Assembly (NCBI GenBank): GCA_031392105.1 | Contig: JANMUW010000267.1 | Coordinates: forward strand, 1 to 53,409 | Length of the DNA stretch: 53,409 bases | Direction of reading: 5' to 3' | Source of the DNA: Acidobacteriota bacterium | GTDB lineage: Bacteria; Acidobacteriota; Blastocatellia; Pyrinomonadales; Pyrinomonadaceae | Shown: one piece after another, positions 1 through 9,094 of the stretch | How the letters are laid out: each line of letters opens with the position of its first letter | Numbering within the stretch: the stretch's first letter is position 1 | Program-made: the position numbers and the translations under genes | Notes under the pieces: model-generated | Database searches by the model: none | Told to the model about the DNA's origin: nothing | The model's input: only the letters and a program-made list of their open reading frames with translations

Positions 1-117
1 GATGCCGCTCCGTGCCGCTGTAGTTCCTCGCCGATGAAAGGTGTAATATCCGCACCGAGATTAGATGGTAACTCAACGGGGTCATGGGTCAATTGACCGA
101 TGAGCTGTTCTTGAAAT

Positions 118-149
118 AAAAAAAGGCACGCTTCCGAAGGAAGCGTGCC
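118..149 (-). terminator. Rho-independent terminator downstream of the TonB-dependent receptor gene
   Basis: Perfect 11-bp stem GGCACGCTTCC/GGAAGCGTGCC (125-135 and 139-149) with a 3-nt loop. On the minus strand it is followed by 7 T (A-run 118-124 on plus). Confidence 0.8.
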
Positions 150-174
150 AAAGGGCGAAAAGCCTATTGATAAG

Positions 175-3100
175 TTAGAACTGGAACCGAGCAGCAAACT
201 GAATCTGTCGTTCGCGATAATTCGAGCTGCTCGATTCGGTGTTTTGACCGAAATTCGGATTGTAGTTCAGATTAGTACCCGAACGCGTGTAGAGGAGGTT
301 CTGTTCGATGAACACATGCGTACGGTTGAAGATGTTGAACCCTTCTGCTAACAACTCCAGTTTGTACCGTTCGGTAAATCTGAAGCGCTTCGACAGACGA
401 AGGTCGACATTCAGAATATTCGGCAGCCGGAACGCGTTACGCGGATTAAGCGGATAGCGTTGATCACCAAGCGTACCGTTCAACGTCGTTCCGGATACGG
501 TTCCATCATACGGTCGTCCGGTGTAGAACGTAACGATAGGTGCGATAGACCAGCCGTTAAGGACGTAGTTCTGAATTGACGATTCGCTTCCCTTGAAGAA
601 GGTCGGAGCGTAAACAGCACTCGCCACGAACTTGTGTCTCACGTCGTTGTTACTCGGCCCGGCATCGTAGCTTCGATCGAACGCGTTGTACGGAGAGTTG
701 TTCTGCGGGAACGGAGACGAGTTCTGGTTCGTGTCGGTCGATTTCGCAAACGTATAGCTTGACTGAACCTGAAGTCCATCCGTAAACCGCCGGTTGAACT
801 GGAACACAAGAGCGTTGTATTCGGATTTCGCCGAACTCTGAATTTGTGTCTGTGCCGAGTTTCCACTAACGCGGCCGTACTGCTCAAGCGTAAACACCTG
901 GCCAGCATTCGGACCGCCAACCGTAGTGTAGGTGACCGTCGTTCCGAGCGGTCGCAGATTTTGATCCACGAATGTCGGCAAATGGCGGCCGAGACTGCCA
1001 AGGTACGCAACGGAGACAACAGTATTCTTCATGATCTGTCGCTCGAGAATTATGTCGTACTGGTTGATCAGCGGCGACTGAAAGTTTCGGGCGAAGAATT
1101 GAATATTCGCACTCGCCGGAGTCAGAGTGCTCGGCAGAAGATTGGGGAAGATCGGGGCACATGGATTTGTCGCCGTCGTCAACACTGGGAAGCAATTCGT
1201 CGATACACTTGCATTGACCGTGAATTGACCCTGCCCACCGGGATTACCCGTGTTGAGCAATGCATTATAGATCTGAGCATTGATGATTCGGCCGTAGTAA
1301 ATTCCATAACCCATGCGAAGCGTAGTTTTGCCGTCGCCGGTAAGATCAATTGCTACGCCTACACGCGGTCCAAAATTATTCTTATCGCTCGGAAGGGTCG
1401 ACGTAGCCTCATTGAGTGTCCGCAAGTCATTCGGGATGACCGCAGTACTCGTATTAGCCAAAACCGCATTTGGAAGCTGCTGATATTCGTAACGAAGGCC
1501 CAAGTTTACGGTCACACTGGGGCTTAGACGAAAGTCATCCTGGACAAAGAAGTTGTATTCCGCGGTGCTGAACTTCAAGCCCGGTATCCCGACTCCCTGC
1601 AGGTAGGTTCCGTTGTAGCATCTGCCCGCACGATTCGTCGCGGTAGTAACACAGGTCGGATTTCCCGCAATCGGCGACTGCCAATTGACGTAGTCAATGA
1701 TGAAGTCATTGATCGTCGAATAAATATACGAACCGGTTTCAAAACGCAGATTCTGAATATCGTCGGTGACCTTGTTGTAGTCGCCGCCGAACTTCAGAGT
1801 GTGGCGTCCCATCGTCCACGTAACTGTATCGGCGATCTGGACTCGATCTTCGAACGGGAACTTAACGCGTTCAAAGTTTGCCGTAGTTCCAAAGCTGATT
1901 CCGTTCGTAAGAGCTACGCTCGGCGAACGCGGACCGGCAACGGTTGTTGCCGTCGTCGGCTCACCGGGGAGCGGTTCCTGACTGAATGCGAATTCGTGAT
2001 CCTGTGAGTACTGGAAACGAGCTTCGTTGAGGACGTTGGTTGAGAACGTTGTCTGCATACGAACGTTCAGATTATCGACGTCGACAAAGTCGTCGCCAAA
2101 GCTGCGGCGGCCAAGCGTATTGGTGGCCTGTGTTTGAAGACCGGCGGGCGACTCGGCTCTCAGCCGGTTGTAGCTCACAGTAAACAAATTGTTCTGATTT
2201 ATCTGCCAGTCGATCTTCGGGAGGATCAACGTCTGATCCTGACGACGCGGTGTTTCACCAGTCAATGAGTTGATAAAGCCGAGCGTGCTGTCGATCTGAG
2301 CAGTTGTAAGCCCCTTAGCCAGGAGAGTCGTTCGGTTCACCGTGCTCAGGTAATTCAGGTTCGGTCCAAAAACCGAAAGTCCCGGAAAGTTACGCTTCTG
2401 CTGATCGTAGCTGAAAAAGAAGAAGAGACGGTCTTTCACGATAGGTCCGCCGATCGTTCCGCCAAACTGATGACGAACATCCGTGGGTTTGATACCCACT
2501 ACAGTTGTCGTGTTATCGGGATTCAAGATCGTTCGAAATGCCAGAGGATTGCGGGCACCGTATTTGTTGTTCCTGTAATACTCAAAAAGGTCGCCGTGAA
2601 AACCGTTAGTACCGCTCTTCGTTACCGAGTTTACGACACCACCAGCCGAACGTCCGTACTCCGCCGAATAATTCGAGGTGTTTACCTGAAACTCGCGGAT
2701 CGCGGATTGACTTACTACATAACCGATTCGAGTTCGGCCGCGCTCTTCGGATTGAAACGCTTGATTGTTGTCACCACCGTCAACGGTGCTGTTATTGAGT
2801 AGACCTGAGATCCCACGGAAACTGATCAGACCGAACGTTCCGTCAGGAACTGTTGCAGGTGTAAGCAACACAAAATTCGATGCTCTTCGTCCATTGATGG
2901 GGAGCTCATTGATCGACGTCTGGTTGATGTTCGAGGACATATCCGCTGACGTCGTGTTGATTACCGGGGCTTCGGCCGTGACCTCAACTTCTGCAACTGC
3001 ACTGCCGACCGTGAGCGGGATGTCGACCGGAGTAGACTGCCCGACTTCCACGATGATGTTATCGGCCTTCGCGGGAGCAAAACCGGCGACGGTGGTTTCG

Positions 3101-3351
3101 ACGCGGTACGTGCCAGGTTGAAGGTTAGAGACCCGGTAGCCGCCGTCGTCGTTTGTGGTAACTGTCACGACACTATTTGTGCCGATATTTGTCACCGTCA
3201 CGGAAGCATTCGGAACAACACCACCCTGTGGATCGGTGATCGTCCCGTTGATACCGCCCGTCACTGTTGACTGAGCAAAAGCCTGCCCGAATCCGAGAAT
3301 TAAGCTCAGTGCGAGGAGGCTGAAAATTTTCATCGAAAGGTTCTTAGTCAT
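175..3351 (-). CDS. TonB-dependent outer-membrane receptor with N-terminal carboxypeptidase-regulatory-like domain
   Basis: 1058-aa ORF with Sec signal MKIFSLLALSLILGFGQAFAQ. The N-terminal GTITDPQGGVVPNASVTV...DGGYRVSNLQPGTYRV motif is typical of CarboxypepD_reg. A long beta-barrel-like body ends in an aromatic residue (..AARFQF). Confidence 0.9.
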   Translation of the reverse strand: MTKNLSMKIFSLLALSLILGFGQAFAQSTVTGGINGTITDPQGGVVPNASVTVTNIGTNSVVTVTTNDDGGYRVSNLQPGTYRVETTVAGFAPAKADNIIVEVGQSTPVDIPLTVGSAVAEVEVTAEAPVINTTSADMSSNINQTSINELPINGRRASNFVLLTPATVPDGTFGLISFRGISGLLNNSTVDGGDNNQAFQSEERGRTRIGYVVSQSAIREFQVNTSNYSAEYGRSAGGVVNSVTKSGTNGFHGDLFEYYRNNKYGARNPLAFRTILNPDNTTTVVGIKPTDVRHQFGGTIGGPIVKDRLFFFFSYDQQKRNFPGLSVFGPNLNYLSTVNRTTLLAKGLTTAQIDSTLGFINSLTGETPRRQDQTLILPKIDWQINQNNLFTVSYNRLRAESPAGLQTQATNTLGRRSFGDDFVDVDNLNVRMQTTFSTNVLNEARFQYSQDHEFAFSQEPLPGEPTTATTVAGPRSPSVALTNGISFGTTANFERVKFPFEDRVQIADTVTWTMGRHTLKFGGDYNKVTDDIQNLRFETGSYIYSTINDFIIDYVNWQSPIAGNPTCVTTATNRAGRCYNGTYLQGVGIPGLKFSTAEYNFFVQDDFRLSPSVTVNLGLRYEYQQLPNAVLANTSTAVIPNDLRTLNEATSTLPSDKNNFGPRVGVAIDLTGDGKTTLRMGYGIYYGRIINAQIYNALLNTGNPGGQGQFTVNASVSTNCFPVLTTATNPCAPIFPNLLPSTLTPASANIQFFARNFQSPLINQYDIILERQIMKNTVVSVAYLGSLGRHLPTFVDQNLRPLGTTVTYTTVGGPNAGQVFTLEQYGRVSGNSAQTQIQSSAKSEYNALVFQFNRRFTDGLQVQSSYTFAKSTDTNQNSSPFPQNNSPYNAFDRSYDAGPSNNDVRHKFVASAVYAPTFFKGSESSIQNYVLNGWSIAPIVTFYTGRPYDGTVSGTTLNGTLGDQRYPLNPRNAFRLPNILNVDLRLSKRFRFTERYKLELLAEGFNIFNRTHVFIEQNLLYTRSGTNLNYNPNFGQNTESSSSNYRERQIQFAARFQF

Positions 3352-3955
3352 TGGTTTTTGTTGACCTCAAAAGTAGTTGATCTGCTGATAAAATAACTGC
3401 GGCGACACGCCAATATTTTGAATTTTGGATATTTCTCTCGCTTTTTGGATTGCAGGTCTATCGAACCCAGCTGATCCCAAAATGCATTGATATCGGAAAC
3501 TCTCCGCCTTGATATATTAACTATTGCGTTTGTAAACTCTTACCAATTTCACGCATTAGCCTGAAAGAACGGCTGAGCTGGAGATGTGAAATTGTCGATT
3601 AAGGGCAATCATCATAACGCAAGTTCGGTTCCGAACGACAACATAATGCGTAGCCCTGTGAGGCTTTTGGTATAAACAAAACTACACTCTCGTGCGTGTT
3701 CGAGACCACCGAATCGAAACATGGCGAAACTTCTCCGTAACATATACCTTTCCTTCCCAGATGGTATGCCGGCAGACCGAGAAGCCCGCCCGCCTTTACT
3801 CTCAAAGGTCAAAACGGCTTGAAAACAAATAATTTGCGTCTTTGAGCGAAACTTGACTTTTTTGTAATTGTGGTTTAGATTGTTCGGGCGTTAATGCTGG
3901 TGTTGTCACAAAATCAGTTGAAGCGTGTATATTAACAGCGAAAAAGGGGGGATTT

Positions 3956-4357
3956 ATGGCTCAGGTAGATTATTCTACATCATCATACAGGACGCCGATG
4001 CATCATCGCATTCTGGCGAATATGCCGGTGAAGGCGAGTTGGATAGATGAGGAAAGCGGTAAGCGAATCAGCGTAGAAGGTATTACTGAAAACGTTGGCG
4101 AGACAAGCACATTGGTGAATCTCGAGCAGTTACCGCCAGTCGGAAGCGAGGTCAGACTTAAGATCCTCGAAGAAGACAAACCGATCATTGAAGTTTCGGC
4201 ACAGGTTATCCGGGTCGAACGAGATCCCAGCAAGCCCCTTGCGGCCTTGACCATTTCTGAGAATCTTAAGAAATGGAAGTCGGTCGCAATGGATGCAGCC
4301 GAGAAATGGGTGATACGTCACTGGCAACTTAACTACGAAGAAGAATGGGTTAATTAG
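3956..4357 (+). CDS. PilZ-like domain protein (c-di-GMP motifs degenerate)
   Basis: 133-aa ORF with G-rich SD (AAGGGGGG) upstream. The layout HHRILANMPVKASW..ISVEGITENVGETSTLV..VGSEVRLKI..AQVIRVER resembles the PilZ beta-barrel. RxxxR and DxSxxG are not intact. Confidence 0.45.
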   Translation: MAQVDYSTSSYRTPMHHRILANMPVKASWIDEESGKRISVEGITENVGETSTLVNLEQLPPVGSEVRLKILEEDKPIIEVSAQVIRVERDPSKPLAALTISENLKKWKSVAMDAAEKWVIRHWQLNYEEEWVN

Positions 4358-4399
4358 TTTCGTCTTCATTCGTTATTTTACTTATGCGGGAAGGTCTAT

Positions 4400-5539
4400 A
4401 TGAGCTTCCCGCTTTTGTTTGATTCGACAACGAAACTCCCGGCGCAGGCATCTTTCAATAGAATGAAAAGTACCGTAGTTGTTTTTCTCCTTCTCTTATT
4501 TTCATATTCCGCAGCTTTTTCACAGGAAAAACCACTTACACAGGCGGAATACGTGAAGCTGCTGTATGGACTGCAGAAGAATCCGGCCTCGAAAACGGAA
4601 ATTATCGATGCGTTGCGGCGGCGCGGGATCGCGTTCACGCTGACCGACGGCCTTCGCGGTCTGACGCGCTCGAAAGGCGCGAATGACGAAGAGCTGAAAC
4701 GCACACTTGAAGAAGCCGAGCGACGGCGCCAGAACCCGGAAGCCTCAAAACTGCCTTCACCGACGGAATCCGTCGGCCTCATTGATAAGGCTCGTGAAAA
4801 AGCCCTCGAGACCGTTCAGGAAATGCCCGATTTCGTGGTCAAACAGCTTATAACTCGCTTTGGAGCATACGCCGGAACCGGTAATTGGCGACCGTACGAT
4901 AACCTTGTCCTTGCCGTCAGCTATAGCGCCGAGAAAGGCGAGCAGTATCGAATGCTCGCGCAAAACGGGGCCCCTGTCCAGGACGCAGTTCAGTCGAATA
5001 GTTATAGCGGACTCGAGGGCGCAACCTCCGGAGGTGAGTTCGTCGAGGATCTGGCAAAAATTTTTAAGCCGGCTAGCAAGACCCGATTCGATCTTCAGAC
5101 GACCGATTTGATCCGTGGACGGCGAGCGCTGGTATACGAGTATCAGATCAACATCGAGAACAACAAGGACGGTGGTGTTGGCTTAAAGGGCGCGAAGGGT
5201 GTTCCGATGGGATCGGCTCCGGCGGGTGAGAAGGGCCGCATTTGGATCGATCGCGAAAACCATCGCGTGCTTCGAATCGACTATCAGCTCACCGACATTG
5301 CACCGACTTTTGCAGTCAAAGCGGTAACTAAATCGATAGACTACGACATGGTTGAGATCGCGGGGGAGAAATATCTCTTGCCGATAATTTCCGATTTTCG
5401 CGGGACAGTCGAGGGAACGGATTACAAGCGTTTCGAAAGTCGCAACGTTATCCGGTTTAAGAACTATCAGAAATACGGGACGGATGTGATCGCGGTCGAA
5501 GAGGATTCTGAACCGGTTGTAGAAGAGAAGCCTAATTAA
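4400..5539 (+). CDS. Secreted hypothetical protein
   Basis: 379-aa ORF. GGAAGG lies 6 nt upstream of ATG 4400. An internal ATG at 4463 gives a cleaner signal peptide (MKSTVVVFLLLLFSYSAAFSQ). I recognise no family. Confidence 0.6.
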   Translation: MSFPLLFDSTTKLPAQASFNRMKSTVVVFLLLLFSYSAAFSQEKPLTQAEYVKLLYGLQKNPASKTEIIDALRRRGIAFTLTDGLRGLTRSKGANDEELKRTLEEAERRRQNPEASKLPSPTESVGLIDKAREKALETVQEMPDFVVKQLITRFGAYAGTGNWRPYDNLVLAVSYSAEKGEQYRMLAQNGAPVQDAVQSNSYSGLEGATSGGEFVEDLAKIFKPASKTRFDLQTTDLIRGRRALVYEYQINIENNKDGGVGLKGAKGVPMGSAPAGEKGRIWIDRENHRVLRIDYQLTDIAPTFAVKAVTKSIDYDMVEIAGEKYLLPIISDFRGTVEGTDYKRFESRNVIRFKNYQKYGTDVIAVEEDSEPVVEEKPN

Positions 5540-5675
5540 GCGAAAAATAGGCAATAACTGCGGGAACGAAAAGCCACAAGAGACCTTTTACCAAAAAGAA
5601 GACAAAACCAGCTGCGCCAAAGCGCTTGACCCAGGTTCGGGCGGGGCATTTAGCTTTTACTGGTTCGGTCTCCAT
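5532..5675 (-). CDS. Possible 47-aa small membrane protein (not in ORF track)
   Basis: My translation of the minus strand is METEPVKAKCPARTWVKRFGAAGFVFFLVKGLLWLFVPAVIAYFSLN: a basic N-terminus followed by one clear TM helix. The SD is weak. The 3-prime end overlaps the convergent upstream CDS by 8 nt. Confidence 0.3.
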   Translation of the reverse strand: METEPVKAKCPARTWVKRFGAAGFVFFLVKGLLWLFVPAVIAYFSLN

Positions 5676-5696
5676 CCTGATATAAAATAGCCGTTC

Positions 5697-6419
5697 ATGC
5701 GGATGTTTTCAAACTTTTCACATAAGTTTTGCTTCAAAATGAGAAAACGGGTTCTTAGATTTACGCTTCCGGCTCTTTACTTTATTCTTGTTTCGGGCGT
5801 ATTCGCTCAGAACGCTCCACCTCAAGAACACGATAAGCGAGGGGCTCATTTGGTTGAACTCACCAAGTTAGACAACACCATAAAACTGGATATACGCTAC
5901 GCGACCGCCAACAACTTCGTCGGCCGCGCCGTCTATCCCGAAGCGCGTGCCTTTCTTCAAAAACCGGCCGCGAAGGCTGTAGCGAATGTGCACAAAAAGT
6001 TACGGAAGAAAGGGCTCGGGCTGGTCATTTTCGACGGTTACCGACCGTGGACAATTACAAAGCTATTTTGGGATGTCGTCCCGGAAGATAAGCGGAAGTT
6101 CGTTGCCGATCCGGCTAAAGGCTCGAAACATAATCGCGGATGCGCCGTCGATCTTAGTGTCTTTGATCTAGAAACCGGAGAGTTGATCGACATGCCCTCC
6201 GGATACGACGAATTTACGGAGCGTGCTTCGCCCGACTATGCGGGCGGGACCGTTGACCAGCGTGGAAACCGAGATATGCTTCGCAAGCTGATGGAAGACG
6301 AAGGCTTCACGGTCAATCCTAACGAATGGTGGCACTTCGATTACAAGAATTGGCAGGATTACTCGATTTACGACATCTCGTTCGATGAAGCGGCAAAAGG
6401 TGAAAAAGTGAAAGAGTGA
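5697..6419 (+). CDS. ddpX: D-alanyl-D-alanine dipeptidase (M15D, VanX/DdpX family)
   Basis: Contains IKLDIRYATANNFVGRAVY, VIFDGYRPW, SKHNRGCAVDLS and EWWHFDY, the hallmarks of VanX/DdpX. It carries a signal-like N-terminus. An alternative start is ATG 5739. Confidence 0.88.
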   Translation: MRMFSNFSHKFCFKMRKRVLRFTLPALYFILVSGVFAQNAPPQEHDKRGAHLVELTKLDNTIKLDIRYATANNFVGRAVYPEARAFLQKPAAKAVANVHKKLRKKGLGLVIFDGYRPWTITKLFWDVVPEDKRKFVADPAKGSKHNRGCAVDLSVFDLETGELIDMPSGYDEFTERASPDYAGGTVDQRGNRDMLRKLMEDEGFTVNPNEWWHFDYKNWQDYSIYDISFDEAAKGEKVKE

Positions 6420-6451
6420 AGTCGTTTCTGTAACGCCTTTCACTCTTCACT
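6399..6451. repeat. Word-built imperfect palindrome (GTGAAAG words) between convergent ddpX and yceI-like genes
   Basis: GGTGAAAAAGTGAAAG (6399-6414) pairs with CTTTCACTCTTCACT (6437-6451) with 2 mismatches and 1 indel. The left arm encodes the ddpX C-terminal tail GEKVKE. Confidence 0.45.
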
Positions 6452-6459
6452 CCTCGTTC

Positions 6460-7134
6460 TTACTCCCCCTTCGGCGCGTCTTTCGCTTTTCCAGCCTCGA
6501 TCTGAAGCACTACCTTCACTTCATCTGAGAGGGCCGGAACTCCGCTCGGAAGATTCGTCCCGTAATTAACGCCAAAATCGCGACGGTTGAGCGTGGTTTC
6601 CCCCGCGATCCCCATCTTCATTCCTGCACGATCGCTTGCCGGCAGCCAGCCCGCGATCTCAAAAGGGATCGTGACGGATTTGGTAACTCCTTTCATCGTG
6701 AGATCACCGGTGACGATCCACCCCTTTCCTTTTTTCTCGACCTTCGTGCTGGTGAAAGACATCTCGGGATACTTCTCAACCTCGAAAAAATCAGCGGTCC
6801 GAAGATGTTTATCGCGACCGGCGACGCCTGTATCGACACTTGTCGTCATCGCTTTGAAAGTTACCTTCGATTTCGAAACGTCTTTCGAATCAAAATTCAC
6901 TTCACCGGTGAAGTCGCGGAAGTAACCGGGCACTTCAATAAGCCCCATGTGCCTGACCTTAAATCCGATGAAACTGTGCGCCTTGTCAAAGCTGTAGACG
7001 CCCGACTCGCCGGTTTGTTTTGCGTCGGCGACAAAACTCTCGGCAAACGTCTTGTTGTCCACACTGGTGACACTACCCAAATAAAATATGCCGGCGGCGA
7101 TAACGATCACCGCCAGAAACAAAATCTTTTTCAT
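6460..7134 (-). CDS. YceI family periplasmic protein
   Basis: Contains FDKAHSFIGFKVRHMG..VPGYFRDFTGEVNFD..TSVDTGVAGRDKHLRTADFFEVEKYPEMSF..GDLTMKGVTKSVTIPFE, preceded by a signal peptide. Confidence 0.88.
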   Translation of the reverse strand: MKKILFLAVIVIAAGIFYLGSVTSVDNKTFAESFVADAKQTGESGVYSFDKAHSFIGFKVRHMGLIEVPGYFRDFTGEVNFDSKDVSKSKVTFKAMTTSVDTGVAGRDKHLRTADFFEVEKYPEMSFTSTKVEKKGKGWIVTGDLTMKGVTKSVTIPFEIAGWLPASDRAGMKMGIAGETTLNRRDFGVNYGTNLPSGVPALSDEVKVVLQIEAGKAKDAPKGE

Positions 7135-7258
7135 CTAAGCTCTCCTGATTCTGGTTTTTCTTTTTGAATTATGCGGCAAAAACGATTTGATGCAAACACG
7201 TAAAAAAGCGTTCGGTCAAGGGCATGCTTATTACGGTTATTCTGCTAAAATCCATGGC

Positions 7259-7771
7259 ATGAGTCGACCGGAAAAAACGGAATACGATCCGTACTACGAA
7301 CGCTATGTCTCCCTGGTTGAAAATGACGTCATCCTCGATACTCTTGCTTCGCAGTCTACAAAGTTGAACGCACTTTTTCTGGATATGCCGGAGAAACAGG
7401 GCGAGTTCAGATATGCCGAAGGCAAATGGAGCATCAAGGAATTGCTCGGGCACTTGATCGACGGCGAACGAATGTTTGCGTACAGGCTGTTTCGGATCTC
7501 GCGCGGCGACGAAACTCCGATCGAAGGCTTTGAGCAGGATGGCTACATCGAGAATGCTCATTCTGATAAACGGACGTTCACGAATTTGCTCGTTGAATTC
7601 TCCCTCCTACGACAGGCAAACATGCTCTTCTTCGAAAATCTGACGGCGGAAGCATTGGTCCGGGTCGGAACGGCTAACAACGCGAAAATCTCCGTCCGCG
7701 CCCTTGTCTATATAATGGCCGGCCACATCGAGCACCACCTCGCCATCTTGAAGGAACGTTACCTGGTGTGA
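7259..7771 (+). CDS. DinB family protein
   Basis: Contains MSRPEKTEYDPYYERYVSLV, WSIKELLGHLIDGERMFAYR and GHIEHHLAILKERY, a DinB_2-like His triad. The ORF track starts at 7187. I prefer ATG 7259 because family members start at this motif. Confidence 0.75.
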   Translation: MSRPEKTEYDPYYERYVSLVENDVILDTLASQSTKLNALFLDMPEKQGEFRYAEGKWSIKELLGHLIDGERMFAYRLFRISRGDETPIEGFEQDGYIENAHSDKRTFTNLLVEFSLLRQANMLFFENLTAEALVRVGTANNAKISVRALVYIMAGHIEHHLAILKERYLV

Positions 7772-8934
7772 ATTTGAAGTTCGACGTCGTCGTCATTGGT
7801 GGCGGAGCAGCCGGTCTTTTCTGTGCGATCGAGGCCGGACGCCGAGGTCGCAGAGTGCTCGTGATCGAGCGGAACGCGCAGGTCGGCCGCAAGATCATCA
7901 TCTCGGGCGGCGGACGGTGTAACTTCACAAATATCCATACTGGACCTGACAATTTTATTTCGGCGAACCCGCACTTCTGCAAGTCAGCGCTAGCCAGATA
8001 CACCCCGGACGATTTCCTGAGGCTGGTAAAGAAACATAAAATTGATTTTTATGAAAAGAAGCTCGGACAGCTATTTTGTCGCGAAAGCTCTCGCGAGATC
8101 GTCGAAATGCTTTTGAGTGAGTGCCGGCGCTCGAAGGTCGACATCCGGACAAGCGCTTCGGTTTCAAAAATCGAACGCCGCGACGTATTCCACCTGGAAA
8201 CATCCTTTGGGCCGGTCTCTTGCACAAGCCTTGTAATCGCGTCCGGTGGACTCTCATTCCCAAAAGTCGGAGCAACCGGTTTCGGTTACGAAATTGCAAA
8301 ACAGTTCGGATTGAAACTTGAACCTACTCGACCTGCACTCGTCCCCTTAATGTTTGAGAAAGACCAGTCAAACGCGAAGCTCGCCGGCATGTCAGTCGAC
8401 TCGGTCGTTTCGACAACGAACGCCAGTTTTCGAGAGAACATTTTATTTACCCATCGCGGATTGTCCGGTCCCGCGATCCTGCAGATCTCGAACTATTGGA
8501 CAAGGCCTGATCCCGTGTCAATCGATCTAATGCCCGAAATCGTGATCGAGGATCTTTTCGAGCACGAAAATCAAGGTCGGCAGACACTGACAACCTTTCT
8601 CAGTCAGTTCCTACCGGCGCGGCTTACAGAAATGTTCCTGCCCAACGAAATGGCGAGAACGCCGTTGCATAGGATTTCCCGGAAGGATCTGGAGGATGTC
8701 GTGTCGAACGCAAAAGAGTGGAAGGTAAGATTTCGGGATTCCGAAGGGTATGACAAAGCCGAAGTGACAATAGGCGGCGTATCGACGGATGAGCTATCAT
8801 CTCAAACAATGGAAGCCACACAGGTGGCCGGGCTTTTCTTTATCGGCGAAGTCGTCGACGTGACCGGCTGGCTTGGGGGATACAATTTCCAATGGGCCTG
8901 GGCTTCGGGATATGCGGCCGGCCAGTCGGTTTAA
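7768..8934 (+). CDS. HI0933/BaiN-like NAD(FAD)-utilising flavoprotein
   Basis: N-terminal FDVVVIGGGAAGLFCAIEAGRRGRRVLVIERN..GRKIIISGGGRCNFTN. The GTG start overlaps the DinB stop (GTGA at 7768-7771). Confidence 0.88.
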   Translation: MNLKFDVVVIGGGAAGLFCAIEAGRRGRRVLVIERNAQVGRKIIISGGGRCNFTNIHTGPDNFISANPHFCKSALARYTPDDFLRLVKKHKIDFYEKKLGQLFCRESSREIVEMLLSECRRSKVDIRTSASVSKIERRDVFHLETSFGPVSCTSLVIASGGLSFPKVGATGFGYEIAKQFGLKLEPTRPALVPLMFEKDQSNAKLAGMSVDSVVSTTNASFRENILFTHRGLSGPAILQISNYWTRPDPVSIDLMPEIVIEDLFEHENQGRQTLTTFLSQFLPARLTEMFLPNEMARTPLHRISRKDLEDVVSNAKEWKVRFRDSEGYDKAEVTIGGVSTDELSSQTMEATQVAGLFFIGEVVDVTGWLGGYNFQWAWASGYAAGQSV

Positions 8935-8994
8935 AAAACGAAAGGGGAAACGTCTCCCACACCGTCTCCCCCCGTTCGAACCGATTGCGTGGAG

Positions 8995-9094
8995 CAATCG
9001 GTAACGAAGCTGGTCTTTAAATCGACCTTTATTTCAAAATTTCTTTACAATCGGTGAACGACCGTGTAGGATATTTACACAATCGTTGAAGGTT
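8995..9094 (+). promoter_or_regulatory. Three direct CAATCG(G/T)T(A/G)AA(C/G)G repeats plus candidate promoter upstream of and overlapping the HTH gene start
   Basis: Copies are at 8995-9009 (CAATCGGTAACGAAG), 9048-9062 (CAATCGGTGAACGAC) and 9080-9094 (CAATCGTTGAAGGTT). An inverted CGATTG at 8981-8986 forms the hairpin ACCGATTGC/GCAATCGGT. A possible promoter is TTTACA (9044-9049), a 17-nt spacer, then TAGGAT (9067-9072). Confidence 0.35.

Noticed and set aside
1-117. Possible partial gene at the left edge
   Set aside because: The plus-strand frames are all closed within about 100 nt (stops by position 96). The minus strand has only an unsupported 28-codon open fragment (85 down to the window edge) with no SD. 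No recognisable motif, and too short to support a call.
639-3121. Multiple 60-227-aa ORFs on both strands inside the TonB-dependent receptor gene
   Set aside because: All are nested in or antisense to a 1058-aa ORF with strong family features. Their products are Arg/Ser-rich and lack start signals.
3690-3720. GTTCGAGACC resembling a tRNA T-loop, and GGAAGGAAAGG resembling RNase P or SRP motifs
   Set aside because: The flanking bases do not form a T-stem or acceptor stem. The surrounding sequence lacks the conserved RNase P (GAGGAAAGUCC), SRP (GUCCGGAAGGAAGCAGCC) or tmRNA features.
3599-3812. Two overlapping 66-68-aa minus-strand ORFs in the long gap upstream of the TonB-dependent receptor
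   Set aside because: They are mutually exclusive frames with no SD and odd composition. More likely this is non-coding leader or regulatory sequence.
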